From Candidatus Nomurabacteria bacterium (lineage in GTDB: Bacteria; Patescibacteriota; Minisyncoccia; Phycocordibacterales; UBA9973): a DNA stretch of 64,000 nucleotides. Each line of letters opens with the position of its first letter. Within the stretch, counting starts at the first letter, position 1. The notes under the pieces are model-generated. The model saw only the letters and a list, made by a program, of their open reading frames with translations, ran no database searches and had not been told where the DNA came from. Positions 20,017 to 29,647 of the stretch are shown in pieces. A program made the position numbers and the translations under genes. The stretch is from NCBI GenBank assembly GCA_052035195.1, contig JBPOHU010000003.1, positions 17,453 through 81,452 on the forward strand, written 5' to 3'.

Positions 20017-20092
20017 AGAGAAGAACCGCGCATAGCGCGGTTCTTGCTTAGATAGATTAATTTGTTATAGTGAAAATGCTGGAAGAAGATTT

Positions 20093-20176
20093 GCGCGGGT
20101 GGCGAAATTGGTAGACGCACTACCTTGAGGTGGTAGCCCCAGCAATGGGTTGGAGGTTCAAGTCCTCTCTCGCGCA
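20093..20176 (+). tRNA. tRNA-Leu(GAG)
   Basis: CTACC-TT-GAG-GT-GGTAG anticodon arm; variable arm. Confidence 0.95.
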
Positions 20177-20371
20177 CATAAATGAAAAAGTCCCAATTAT
20201 TTGGGATTTTTTCATTTATGTGAGAAACAAACAAGACTGCTCTTGTTTGAGTGAGGACTTGAACAGCGGAGCTATGATTTATCACCAGATAAATCAAGCG
20301 AGCTGGTGCCTAGGCTTTCTTGAGTGGCTGACGAGAGAAAAGGCGAAGGAAAGATTCCTCTCTCGCGCACA
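20177..20371 (+). ncRNA. tRNA-3'-linked structured element (Leu-GAG copy)
   Basis: Antisense T-arm gaggacttgaac (20253-20264), conserved core, 16-bp direct repeat (20163-20178 = 20356-20371). Confidence 0.8.
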
Positions 20372-20428
20372 AAAATGATTTAGAGACAAAAACCCCGAAA
20401 GGGGTTTTTGTCATGTTATAATTTTTAT

Positions 20429-21409
20429 ATGCATCTTTTTATTGGTCTCATTGCTTGTCTAGTAGGAGTCTTTATTTCTTCGTATTTACTTATAAAGAAA
20501 TACAAAAACCAAAAACTAGCTTGTCCAAGAGATAATCCTTGTGACAGTGTTACTCATAGCTCTTTTTCTAAAACCTTTGGAATACCAAATGAGATTTTAG
20601 GTTTATTTTATTTTTTAGCAGTTGGTTTTTTGATAATAAATATTTTACTAACAGGGGGATCACCCTGGGTTATTTACTCTTTATTTTTTATTGTTATTTT
20701 TGGCGGATTATTTTCTGCTTACCTTGTAGGATTACAGGCTTTTGTTATCAAGGCCTGGTGTATTTGGTGTTTAGGAGTGGCTTTTTCAAATCTTGTTCTT
20801 ATTGTCAGCCTTTTTGGTATTCCAGCGGAAAATATTTTTCCAATACTTTCTTCACAGAAAGTATTATGGATTATTGTTCATAATATAGGATTTATTCTTG
20901 GTGTTGGGGCTGCTACTATCACAGATATTTTCTTCTTTAAATTTTTGAAAGACAATGTTATCACTCAAGAAGAAAAAGACACTATGGATACACTGAGCGC
21001 TGTTATTTGGGCAGGACTTGCCATCTTGATTGTTAGTGGAATAGCTCTGTATCTACCAGAACAAGCAAGACTAGCCGTGTCTTCAAAGTTTCTAATAAAA
21101 GTAGTTGTCGTTGGAGTGATTGTATTAAATGGCTTTTTGTTAAATATGATAGTTGCTCCAAATATGAGAAGGCTTTCTTTTGAAGGAGGTCTCCCAGAAA
21201 AGAGGTTTCGTCGCCTAGCTTTTGCTCTTGGTGGAATATCTTTTTCTTCTTGGTATATAGCTTTTTTCTTAGGAGTATTACGCAGAATTCCTGTCGATTT
21301 TAATTTTGCCTTATGGGCATATCTAACAATGCTTGTTTTTGTGGTAATAGGATCACAGATTACCGAAAGATTTGTAACAAAAAATCACTTACCACGAAAA
21401 TCTGAGTAA
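20429..21409 (+). CDS. VKOR-family protein with an extra C-terminal membrane domain
   Basis: C..D..C.SV..S..S..FGIP and AWCIWC motifs. Confidence 0.88.
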   Translation: MHLFIGLIACLVGVFISSYLLIKKYKNQKLACPRDNPCDSVTHSSFSKTFGIPNEILGLFYFLAVGFLIINILLTGGSPWVIYSLFFIVIFGGLFSAYLVGLQAFVIKAWCIWCLGVAFSNLVLIVSLFGIPAENIFPILSSQKVLWIIVHNIGFILGVGAATITDIFFFKFLKDNVITQEEKDTMDTLSAVIWAGLAILIVSGIALYLPEQARLAVSSKFLIKVVVVGVIVLNGFLLNMIVAPNMRRLSFEGGLPEKRFRRLAFALGGISFSSWYIAFFLGVLRRIPVDFNFALWAYLTMLVFVVIGSQITERFVTKNHLPRKSE

Positions 21410-21452
21410 GGTCTAGATTATCCTTTGATTTTCTGGTATAACAAGATGCACA

Positions 21453-21481
21453 CCCCACTTCGCCAAAGGCTTCGCGGGGCA
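21453..21481 (+). repeat. REP-like short palindromic element
   Basis: ccccacttcgccaaaggcttcgcggggca; related copies at 32941-32969, 56085-56113 and 21787-21807. Confidence 0.75.
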
Positions 21482-21484
21482 CGT

Positions 21485-21557
21485 GGGGATTATGGTGTAA
21501 CGGTTAACACTGAGGTTTGTGGAACCTTCGATTCGGGTTCGATTCCCGATAGTCCCC
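21485..21557 (+). tRNA. tRNA-His(GTG)
   Basis: G-1:C73 pair; GAGGT-TT-GTG-GA-ACCTT anticodon arm. Confidence 0.95.
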
Positions 21558-21841
21558 CAAGACCAAAAATCTGCAACTACAATGTTGCAGATTTTTGCGT
21601 CTATGGAGGACATTAAAGAAGCAAACTGCTTTGCTTCTGTTCGGAATCGAAAGGCGCAGCTATGCCGATAGGCAAGCGAGCCGGGGTCGCGAGTACGTAT
21701 GAGCTTGAGTTTGTCGAAGGCGAATTAGTAACTCGTGACCGATTCCCGATAGCCCCTGCTCTGACGAGAGAAAAGTCGACCGCGTGCCGCCATAGCTTTA
21801 GCGGTGGAGCAGGGAGATAAGCGTAGCGGTCCCGATATTCC
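21558..21841 (+). ncRNA. tRNA-3'-linked structured element (His copy, composite)
   Basis: Antisense T-arm (21641-21651), core, tRNA 3' copies at 21741-21756 and 21831-21841; 22-nt tail identical to the Arg-GCG copy. Confidence 0.8.
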
Positions 21842-21877
21842 TTGGTTCAAATCAATTTTTCTGCTAATCTAAAAAAC

Positions 21878-22813
21878 ATGAAAGATTATCAAATTCTTCT
21901 TTTCTATAAATACGTTCATATATCAAACCCAGAAGAGGTCAGAGACTGGTTACGAGCTATTTGCCAAAAGCTTGGTTTGAAGGGGAGACTGATTGTTGCG
22001 AGCGAAGGCCTTAATATTACCCTTGAGGGGAAAACTGAGGATACTGAATTTTTCATCACTGAGATGGAAAAGGATTCGCGATTTTTGAATATTCACATGA
22101 AAAGGAGCGAGGGTACAGGAAATGCTTTTCCAAAGCTCTCTGTAAAAGTACGCCCTGAGATAGTGTCACTACACTTAGGTGTGTGTGATGTTGACCCGAA
22201 TGTTACAACTGGTATTCATTTAGCTCCTGACGAACTTCATCAATGGATTGCAGACAAGAAAGAGTTTTATATCGTCGACATGCGAAACGCGTACGAACAT
22301 GCAGTAGGGCAGTTTGCTGGATCTATTTGTCCTCCAATGGAAAACTTCCGTGACCTTCCAAAGCTAATGAAAATGATTGATCATCTAAAAGACAAGACTG
22401 TTTTAACAGTATGTACTGGTGGAGTACGTTGTGAAAAGGCATCAGGCTATCTCATCACTCAAGGATTTAAAGATGTGTATCAACTCGATGGAGGGATAGT
22501 GTCATATATGGAGAAATACCCGAACGAAGACTTTGAAGGTAAGCTTTATGTATTTGATGGACGCGTAGCTATGGGGTTTTATACGGACGACCCAAAACAT
22601 AAAATAATAGGTAAGTGCACTTCTTGTAACCTATCTTCAGAAAATATCGTTGATTGTCGAGAACGTGGTTGTAACGGACAGTTCATACTTTGTGAAGAGT
22701 GTGAAAATAAACAAACAGAAAAAAGAGGGCATACTCACTGCGTGAAGAATTGTAAAAAAGTACACAAGTCACCAATAGGGAAACTTTGGTCTAAAATAAA
22801 GGGTATTTTCTAG
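21878..22813 (+). CDS. trhO: Rhodanese-domain tRNA hydroxylase TrhO (UPF0176)
   Basis: LFYKY, GRLIVASEGLN, CTGGVRCEK and GKLYVFDGR motifs. Confidence 0.9.
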   Translation: MKDYQILLFYKYVHISNPEEVRDWLRAICQKLGLKGRLIVASEGLNITLEGKTEDTEFFITEMEKDSRFLNIHMKRSEGTGNAFPKLSVKVRPEIVSLHLGVCDVDPNVTTGIHLAPDELHQWIADKKEFYIVDMRNAYEHAVGQFAGSICPPMENFRDLPKLMKMIDHLKDKTVLTVCTGGVRCEKASGYLITQGFKDVYQLDGGIVSYMEKYPNEDFEGKLYVFDGRVAMGFYTDDPKHKIIGKCTSCNLSSENIVDCRERGCNGQFILCEECENKQTEKRGHTHCVKNCKKVHKSPIGKLWSKIKGIF

Positions 22814-22882
22814 TACTTGCTTTTAGGTTATATTTGTGTTATAATATAAATAAATATTCTTCACCAATTAAATACATTAAAA

Positions 22883-23605
22883 ATGCGTACATTGAAAGAT
22901 TCCCTTGTAAGAGTAAAAAAAATACTCAAACAAAAAACGTATAACCCATTGTCTTTAGTTGCATTGGGCAATCTCATTGTTTACAAACTTTTATCTACTT
23001 ACACGATTAGCGTTAGAGATAAAAAGGTTTTATACCGCTTTATAAATGCGCTTCATGAATACACAAGAGATTCTGGTACAGATTCAAATAAGTATTCAAA
23101 AGATTTTGAAGATAACACATGCGACTACAAGATTGCCAGAGAGCTGGTTCTTAGGTTCGACGGTCATCCATTTGATGTTTTATCTGTATGGATAAATCAT
23201 TATTACTATGACAGTCAGTTATGGCATGGAGCTATAGACAAGATGATTAAAATAGACCCGGTAAAAGGATTGGTTCTTGCTATAGAGCACGCACAGCCAA
23301 CTCCGTTTGAATCAGAAGAAGACTTACAAAAGGTGTATTGGGATCAACTGGTTTCGTACGAGCCTTCTTTTAAGGATCTGGAAGGGCTTTGTGTAAAAAC
23401 AGATTTACCGCTTTGGATATTAAAAGAGGCCTCTAGCCTTGTTATGACCAGGAATCTTCTGGACGGTTTACCTGAAAAGGATTATTATTTACATTTTTTT
23501 AATAATGTAGTTTTTAAGGCAAAAAACTCAGACGACTACATTACCCTTATTGAAAAAAACCACAATAAGTCTGTTGAATTATCCAGAAAGATTTTTAAAA
23601 AGTAG
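22883..23605 (+). CDS. Hypothetical protein (ORFan-like)
   Basis: 240 aa; own promoter TTGCTT-N17-TATAAT and terminator at ~23621-23648. Confidence 0.7.
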   Translation: MRTLKDSLVRVKKILKQKTYNPLSLVALGNLIVYKLLSTYTISVRDKKVLYRFINALHEYTRDSGTDSNKYSKDFEDNTCDYKIARELVLRFDGHPFDVLSVWINHYYYDSQLWHGAIDKMIKIDPVKGLVLAIEHAQPTPFESEEDLQKVYWDQLVSYEPSFKDLEGLCVKTDLPLWILKEASSLVMTRNLLDGLPEKDYYLHFFNNVVFKAKNSDDYITLIEKNHNKSVELSRKIFKK

Positions 23606-23697
23606 TAGCGATATACTACTAAAACCCTAATGCAAGTTAGGGTTTTTATTTTTACCAAAATTGTAAAAAAGTCATATTTTCGCTATAGTTTGTTTAC

Positions 23698-24408
23698 ATG
23701 GAACAAAATTCTAAAAACCAATATATAGCAAAGGGAGCACTACATCCTCTGACTCTAGTTACAGAGGAGATTGTAAACATCTTTGAAAAACAAGGTTTTT
23801 CGGTGGCGACAGGGCCTGAACTTGAGGATGAGTATCACAACTTTGATGCGCTCAATGTGCCAAAGGATCACCCGGCTCGTGATATGCAGGACACATTTTT
23901 CATCAAAGACCGTCCTGGCTATGTACTACGTACTCACACTTCACCGGTACAGATACGCTATATGGAGAACCATACAGCGCCATTTGCCATCATTGTACCT
24001 GGAAAAGTTTTCAGAAATGAATCAACAGACGCGACACACGAAATGCAATTTCACCAAGTTGAAGGCTTGGTAGTAGGAGAGGGTATTACTGTAGAGCATT
24101 TAAAGGGGACACTCCTTGGATTTTTCAAAGAACTTTTTGGAGAAAGTACAGAGATAAGACTAAGACCGAGTTTCTTCCCATTCGTTGAGCCGGGATTTGA
24201 AGTAGATGTGAAGGTTGGAGAAAAATGGCTTGAAGTTTGCGGTGCGGGTATGGTGCATCCTAACGTTTTTAAAAGTGTTGGTTATGATGATTCAAAAGTC
24301 ACTGGTTTTGCATTTGGTATGGGTCTTGATCGACTTGCTAATGTAAAGTTTGGTTTCCCTGATGTTCGTCTAGCATATCAAGGAGATCTTCGTTTTAATC
24401 AATTTTAA
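23698..24408 (+). CDS. pheS: Phenylalanyl-tRNA synthetase alpha subunit (short form)
   Basis: [25 protein letters not shown] and [10 protein letters not shown] motifs. Confidence 0.97.
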   Translation: MEQNSKNQYIAKGALHPLTLVTEEIVNIFEKQGFSVATGPELEDEYHNFDALNVPKDHPARDMQDTFFIKDRPGYVLRTHTSPVQIRYMENHTAPFAIIVPGKVFRNESTDATHEMQFHQVEGLVVGEGITVEHLKGTLLGFFKELFGESTEIRLRPSFFPFVEPGFEVDVKVGEKWLEVCGAGMVHPNVFKSVGYDDSKVTGFAFGMGLDRLANVKFGFPDVRLAYQGDLRFNQF

Positions 24409-24412
24409 TTTT

Positions 24413-26191
24413 ATGAAAATTTCTTATAACTGGTTACAAAATCATATAGAAGAAAAGCTCCCAAGTCCTGAAAGTCTCAGAGAGACTATTATTTTTCATG
24501 CGTTTGAAGTTGAAGACGTTGAAGAGAAGGGAGCAGATACTATTTTTGATATTAAGGTCTTGCCTGATAGGGCTCATGATTGTTTAAGTCATACTGGTGT
24601 CGCTAAAGAAGTCTCTGGTTTGCTCGGTTTAACTCTTAAAAACCCTTCTTTGCCAGAACTTCCTTTTACTCCCATAAATACAAAAGTTGAAATACAAAAT
24701 GAATTAGTTCGTAGGTATATGGCAATAGAGATGACAGGGGTAAAAGTTGGTCCTTCTCCAGAGTGGCTTAAAAATGCACTCGAATCTGTGGGTGCGAGAT
24801 CTATCAACAATATAGTTGATGCGACAAACTTAGTACTCTTAGATGATGGACAGCCTGTGCACGCATTTGATAAAGATAAAATAGACGGAGGAATAGTTGT
24901 ACGAATGGCTCATGAAGAAGAAAAGATAGTTACTCTTTCTGATGAAGAAAAAGTTTTGAAAAATACAGATCTTATTATTGCTGATTATTTAGGAGCACTT
25001 GCTATAGCTGGGGTAAAGGGTGGTAAAAGTGCTGAAATAACAGAAGACACAACAAATATTATTATTGAGATTGGAAATTTCGATCCAGTAGCAATTCGTA
25101 AGACATCTCGAAGACTCGCTCTTATTACTGACGCATCAAAGAGATTTGAAAATGAAATTAGCGCAGAAGTTGCCTCTGGTGCAGCTCGTCATGTTGTAAG
25201 TATCATAAAGCAAATTGCAGGGGGTGAAGTTGTAGGAGTATATGATCACTATCCTAAACCAGAACAAGAAAGAACACTTAGTTTTACCGTCGCTGATATC
25301 AAAAGGGTTCTCGGTGATACTATCAAAGAAGCACAAATAGATCTTTGGATTTCTAGATACAATATCTCCTCTACAAAAGATGGTGACAAATATACGATCA
25401 CTATACCAAGTGACAGACTAGATATTGTGGGTGCTCATGATATTGCTGAAGAGATAGGTAAGATGGTTGGTTATGAAAATATTCCGGCATTACCTATTCC
25501 TTTTACTCTTACTCCACAAAAAGATTCAGAATATAGAGTTGTGACTTCTGTGAAATATTGGCTTGCTCAAAATGGTTTTAGAGAGGTGATGAATTATAGC
25601 TTTACCAAAAAGGGTGATGTTTATATTTCTTATGGTGCTAAAGACAAAAGCGCTCTTCGAACCAACCTTTCAGATGCTCTAAAAGAAAGCTACGAAAAAA
25701 ACCGCATTAATGCCAGTTTGTTAGGTCTAAGTAGTATTAGAATATTTGAGATAGGTACTGTTTTTATAGGAGAAACAGAAATGGTGCATGTGGCTACTTG
25801 TGACAAGGGGAATTTTGAAGAGTTACCAATAAAAGACTTTATAGAAAAATACAAAATTGAAATTTCTAGTACTCCTAACAATTACTCACTACCTAATAAC
25901 TCTTTCAAAATGTGGTCCCCATATCCATACATTACTCGCGATATTGCAGTATGGTGCGATAGTATTGAGTCGCAAACTAGCCTTGAGGCTATTGTTAGTA
26001 GTTTTGCAAAAGAGCATTGTGTACGAGAGCCAGAGCTTTTTGACCGCTTTGAAAAGGATGGAAAAACATCTATAGCCTATAGGTTTGTATTTCAATCATA
26101 CGAGAAGACTTTGACTGAGGAGGAAGTAGAGAAGTGGTTTGTAGAACTTGTAAACAAAATAAAAGCCGAAAAAGTTTTTGAAATAAGATAG
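24413..26191 (+). CDS. pheT: Phenylalanyl-tRNA synthetase beta subunit (lacks the B2 OB domain)
   Basis: MKISYNWL, PDRAHDCLS, INNIVDATN, TDASKRFE and DIAEEIG motifs. Confidence 0.95.
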   Translation: MKISYNWLQNHIEEKLPSPESLRETIIFHAFEVEDVEEKGADTIFDIKVLPDRAHDCLSHTGVAKEVSGLLGLTLKNPSLPELPFTPINTKVEIQNELVRRYMAIEMTGVKVGPSPEWLKNALESVGARSINNIVDATNLVLLDDGQPVHAFDKDKIDGGIVVRMAHEEEKIVTLSDEEKVLKNTDLIIADYLGALAIAGVKGGKSAEITEDTTNIIIEIGNFDPVAIRKTSRRLALITDASKRFENEISAEVASGAARHVVSIIKQIAGGEVVGVYDHYPKPEQERTLSFTVADIKRVLGDTIKEAQIDLWISRYNISSTKDGDKYTITIPSDRLDIVGAHDIAEEIGKMVGYENIPALPIPFTLTPQKDSEYRVVTSVKYWLAQNGFREVMNYSFTKKGDVYISYGAKDKSALRTNLSDALKESYEKNRINASLLGLSSIRIFEIGTVFIGETEMVHVATCDKGNFEELPIKDFIEKYKIEISSTPNNYSLPNNSFKMWSPYPYITRDIAVWCDSIESQTSLEAIVSSFAKEHCVREPELFDRFEKDGKTSIAYRFVFQSYEKTLTEEEVEKWFVELVNKIKAEKVFEIR

Positions 26192-26227
26192 TTTGCTAGT
26201 ATCAATAAAAACGCTATAATCTCTGTC

Positions 26228-26746
26228 ATGAAATATGTATCAATTTTTATAGTTATTGTTTTTATTGGAGTAGTGATTGGGTCTTGGCTTAAAAAGACCC
26301 CACAAGTTGAAAATGTAAACCAAAGCGCCCCAGAAGAACAAGTAGTGGAAAATAAAGATTTGCCAGAGCAGGCAACTACACCTGCAGATACAGGAAAAAA
26401 GATTAATAAGGTAACAACAATACAAGGTATGAAAATAGAAACAACAAAACAAGGAACGGGTGTAGAAATAAAAAACGGTCAAACAGCAGTAGTTCACTAC
26501 ACAGGTAAACTAACAGACGGAACTACTTTTGATAGTAGTAAAACTCGAGGAACACCATTTGAATTTCCTCTTGGTGCCGGTATGGTTATCAAGGGTTGGG
26601 ATATGGGTGTACTAGGAATGAAAGTAGGAGAGATAAGAATGCTTACTATTCCATCTGACCTTGGATATGGAGAGCGTGGTGCTGGAGGAGTTATTCCACC
26701 AAATGCAACTCTAGTATTTGAAGTAGAGCTTCTAGGAATTAAATAA
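26228..26746 (+). CDS. FKBP-type peptidyl-prolyl isomerase with N-terminal TM
   Basis: VHYTGKL, FDSS, VIKGWD and [13 protein letters not shown] motifs. Confidence 0.95.
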   Translation: MKYVSIFIVIVFIGVVIGSWLKKTPQVENVNQSAPEEQVVENKDLPEQATTPADTGKKINKVTTIQGMKIETTKQGTGVEIKNGQTAVVHYTGKLTDGTTFDSSKTRGTPFEFPLGAGMVIKGWDMGVLGMKVGEIRMLTIPSDLGYGERGAGGVIPPNATLVFEVELLGIK

Positions 26747-26802
26747 AAAACATAAAATCCCCTTTGTGACAAAAGGGGATTTTATGTTATAAATAAGTAA
26801 CT

Positions 26803-28359
26803 ATGAAAGAAAAAGTAAAAAATTTGTTCCAAAGAGCGTTGTTATGGTGGAAGGGTCGAACAAGAAGAATGAAAATAATAATGACCATAGTTTTGGCCAT
26901 CATTGTTCTTATTGTTTTAACTGGCGGTAAAGATGATACTAGTGTAGTAGAAACTGTTAAAAAGCAAACTATCACTAGAACTGTAATAGCTAGTGGTAAA
27001 GTTGTTAGTTCCACAGATCTTTCTCTTGGTTTTGAGGTTAGTGATGTTGTTAGGTCTATCAATGTCTCTGTGGGAGATAAAGTAAAGAAAGGTGCTGTTA
27101 TAGCTACTTTAAATAGTGGCGAAGAGCGTGCTGCGGTAACAAGTGCCAAGGGCGCACTTCTTTCAGCTGAGGCAAGGTACAAGAAAGTGCTTGAAGGTTC
27201 TTCAAATGAAGAAATAGCCTTAGCTCAAGTAAATCTTAATAATGCAAAAAAGGATTTAGAAAATACAAAGAAGACACAAGACACTCTTGTTACAAGTGCC
27301 AAAAGAAAACTTCTTTCAGATTCTCTTATAGCAGAATCATTGGGTTCTAACTTTACTGCAAACGCTCCTAGAATATCAGGAACATATACTGGAGCTGAAG
27401 GATTTTATACTATCAATATTTCCTCTGGTGGAGGTGAATATATAAATTTCTCTGGTATTGAAACAGGTACAGCAAAATACAGTACAACAACACCTCAGCC
27501 ACTAGGCACAAAAGGCTTGTTAGTTGTTTTCCCGTCTGGTACTAGCTCAAGCCAAGGAGGTACATGGACTGTTAGTATTCCAAATACTAGTGGATCAGGC
27601 TACGTAACAAACCTAGGTGCCTATAACCAAGCAGTAGATACTAGAGATGCTAGTGTTTCTGCTGCAGAGTCTTTGGTAGCCCAAAGAGAAGCAGAGCTTA
27701 ATCTAAAGCGAGCAACAGCACGCCAACCAGATGTAGATAGTGCATTAGCAGATGTTATTACTGGTCAAGCAGGAGTTGAATCTGCTAACGCTCGTCTTGA
27801 GAAAAAGATCCTTCGAGCTCCAGCTGATGGCACAATAACAAAAGTAGATATAAAAGTAGGAGAGATAAGTACTCCCCAAAAAGAAGTTGTGGTTTTGCAA
27901 GATATTAGCAATCTGTATCTAGAAGCAAATATTGGTGAGGGTAATATCAGTACTATCGCTCTTGGGCAAAATGTAACTGTTTCTTATGATGCTCTACCAG
28001 GGCAAACATTTTCTGCAAGCGTTTCTTCTATAGATCCATCAGCCACAGAAAATGGAACAGTAATAAATTACAAAATTAAAGCTTTGATTTCTGATGTTAC
28101 AGGGATTCGCCCTGGTATGACAGCAAATATGGCTATTGTAACAGCTGAAATACCTGATGTTTTGGTTCTACCAGGCAGAGTTGTACAAGAAGATGAACAA
28201 GGAGAATTTGTCTCTGTTGTTACCTTTGAAAAAGGTCCTAAAAGAAAAACAGCTCGTAGCGCAGTTACTCTCGGAGTCAAAGGAGATGGAGATATAGTTG
28301 AAATAAAAACAGGAGTAACAGAAGGACAAAAAGTTCTTTGGACTCCAAAAACAAAATAA
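26803..28359 (+). CDS. Efflux membrane-fusion (MacA/HlyD-like) protein
   Basis: VGDKVKKG, LRAPADGTI and IRPGMTA motifs. Confidence 0.9.
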   Translation: MKEKVKNLFQRALLWWKGRTRRMKIIMTIVLAIIVLIVLTGGKDDTSVVETVKKQTITRTVIASGKVVSSTDLSLGFEVSDVVRSINVSVGDKVKKGAVIATLNSGEERAAVTSAKGALLSAEARYKKVLEGSSNEEIALAQVNLNNAKKDLENTKKTQDTLVTSAKRKLLSDSLIAESLGSNFTANAPRISGTYTGAEGFYTINISSGGGEYINFSGIETGTAKYSTTTPQPLGTKGLLVVFPSGTSSSQGGTWTVSIPNTSGSGYVTNLGAYNQAVDTRDASVSAAESLVAQREAELNLKRATARQPDVDSALADVITGQAGVESANARLEKKILRAPADGTITKVDIKVGEISTPQKEVVVLQDISNLYLEANIGEGNISTIALGQNVTVSYDALPGQTFSASVSSIDPSATENGTVINYKIKALISDVTGIRPGMTANMAIVTAEIPDVLVLPGRVVQEDEQGEFVSVVTFEKGPKRKTARSAVTLGVKGDGDIVEIKTGVTEGQKVLWTPKTK

Positions 28360-28365
28360 TAATTC

Positions 28366-29643
28366 ATGCCCAAAAAATACGGATTTTTTGAAAAATTAAG
28401 AATAGATATAGCTGTAGGGGTTTTTCTTGCAAAGAGAGAACTCAAGCGAGCAAACAAATGGACAACAACCCTTATTGTTTTTGTCATGCTTCTTACTTTC
28501 TTAAATCTTGTAGTTGTTAGTGGTATCTTGGTTGGGCTTATTCAAGGCTCACTTGATCAAAACAAAAAGTTTAGCTCAGGCGATGTTATAGTGTCTTCAT
28601 TTTTAAATCGAAACAAAGTAGAAAATAGTCAGGAGACTATAAAAATAGTAGAAACTATTTCAGGGCTTCGTGCTTATAGTGCCCGCTATACAAGCGGGGG
28701 AAGTTTGCAGGCAAACTACAGAGATGTTTTGTTAAAAAATGAACAGCCAAATAGTGTCGGTGCTCAAATCATAGGAGTAGATCCTATAAAAGAAGATGTA
28801 GTAACAAACATTTCTTCTCTTTTAGTTGAAGGTTCATATTTAGAGCCTACTGATACAGATAGTATTATTGCCGGAAGTTTTCTTTTTAGGAAATATAATG
28901 AAAATGAATTTCCAGGATTAACAACTCTCAAGGATGTACCTGTCGGTTCAAGAGTTCTTCTTAAAATTGGAGAAAATAGCAAGGAGTACACAATCAAAGG
29001 AATATTAAAATCAAAAGTAGGGGAAGTAGATGGAGCTGTCTTTATGTTAGATAGTGAGTTCCGCAAACTAACAGGTAGAACTGATTATAATGTTAATCAA
29101 ATAGCAATATCCTTGGTACCAGGAACCGATCCGCTAATTGCTAAGTCAGCACTGCTTGAAGCTGGTGTCGGAGAAAATGGCCGAGTACAAACTTCTGACG
29201 AAGCCATACCTCAATTTCTTGACCAGATCAAAACAACCTTTGGTCTTTTAGGAAATGCTATTTCGGCTATTGGTCTTGTAGTTGCAGCAATCACAATATT
29301 TATTGTGATCTTCGTTAATGCTATTACACGCCGAAGATATATTGGTATTTTGAAAGGTATCGGTATCGAACCAAGGGCAATTATTATCTCTTATATTATC
29401 CAGTCTCTACTTTATGCTGTTATAGGTGCATTTGTAGGAATAATAATAGTTTTTGCTTTTCTTAAACCATTGTTTGATGTTCATCCTATAGACTTCCCGT
29501 TTTCTGACGGTATATTAGTAGCTACTGTTTCCGGAACAGCTACTCGAACTATAATACTTCTAATAGCAACAATAGTTGCCGGATATATTCCAGCTAGAAT
29601 AGTTATAAGACAAAATACTCTTAGTGCTATCTTAGGAAGATAA
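28366..29643 (+). CDS. FtsX/MacB-type ABC permease
   Basis: RRRYIGILKGIG and YIPAR motifs. Confidence 0.9.
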   Translation: MPKKYGFFEKLRIDIAVGVFLAKRELKRANKWTTTLIVFVMLLTFLNLVVVSGILVGLIQGSLDQNKKFSSGDVIVSSFLNRNKVENSQETIKIVETISGLRAYSARYTSGGSLQANYRDVLLKNEQPNSVGAQIIGVDPIKEDVVTNISSLLVEGSYLEPTDTDSIIAGSFLFRKYNENEFPGLTTLKDVPVGSRVLLKIGENSKEYTIKGILKSKVGEVDGAVFMLDSEFRKLTGRTDYNVNQIAISLVPGTDPLIAKSALLEAGVGENGRVQTSDEAIPQFLDQIKTTFGLLGNAISAIGLVVAAITIFIVIFVNAITRRRYIGILKGIGIEPRAIIISYIIQSLLYAVIGAFVGIIIVFAFLKPLFDVHPIDFPFSDGILVATVSGTATRTIILLIATIVAGYIPARIVIRQNTLSAILGR

Positions 29644-29647
29644 AAAT

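Noticed and set aside
20328-20340. CTGACGA...GAAA resembling a hammerhead ribozyme core (also in the Ser and His elements)
   Set aside because: There is no stem II between the motifs, GAAA is paired in stem D, and the Arg copy lacks the motif altogether.
20130-20378. ORFs 20130-20378, 14795-14989, 13537-13767 and 21413-21616
   Set aside because: They overlap tRNAs or the structured elements; conservation is of base pairing, not reading frame.
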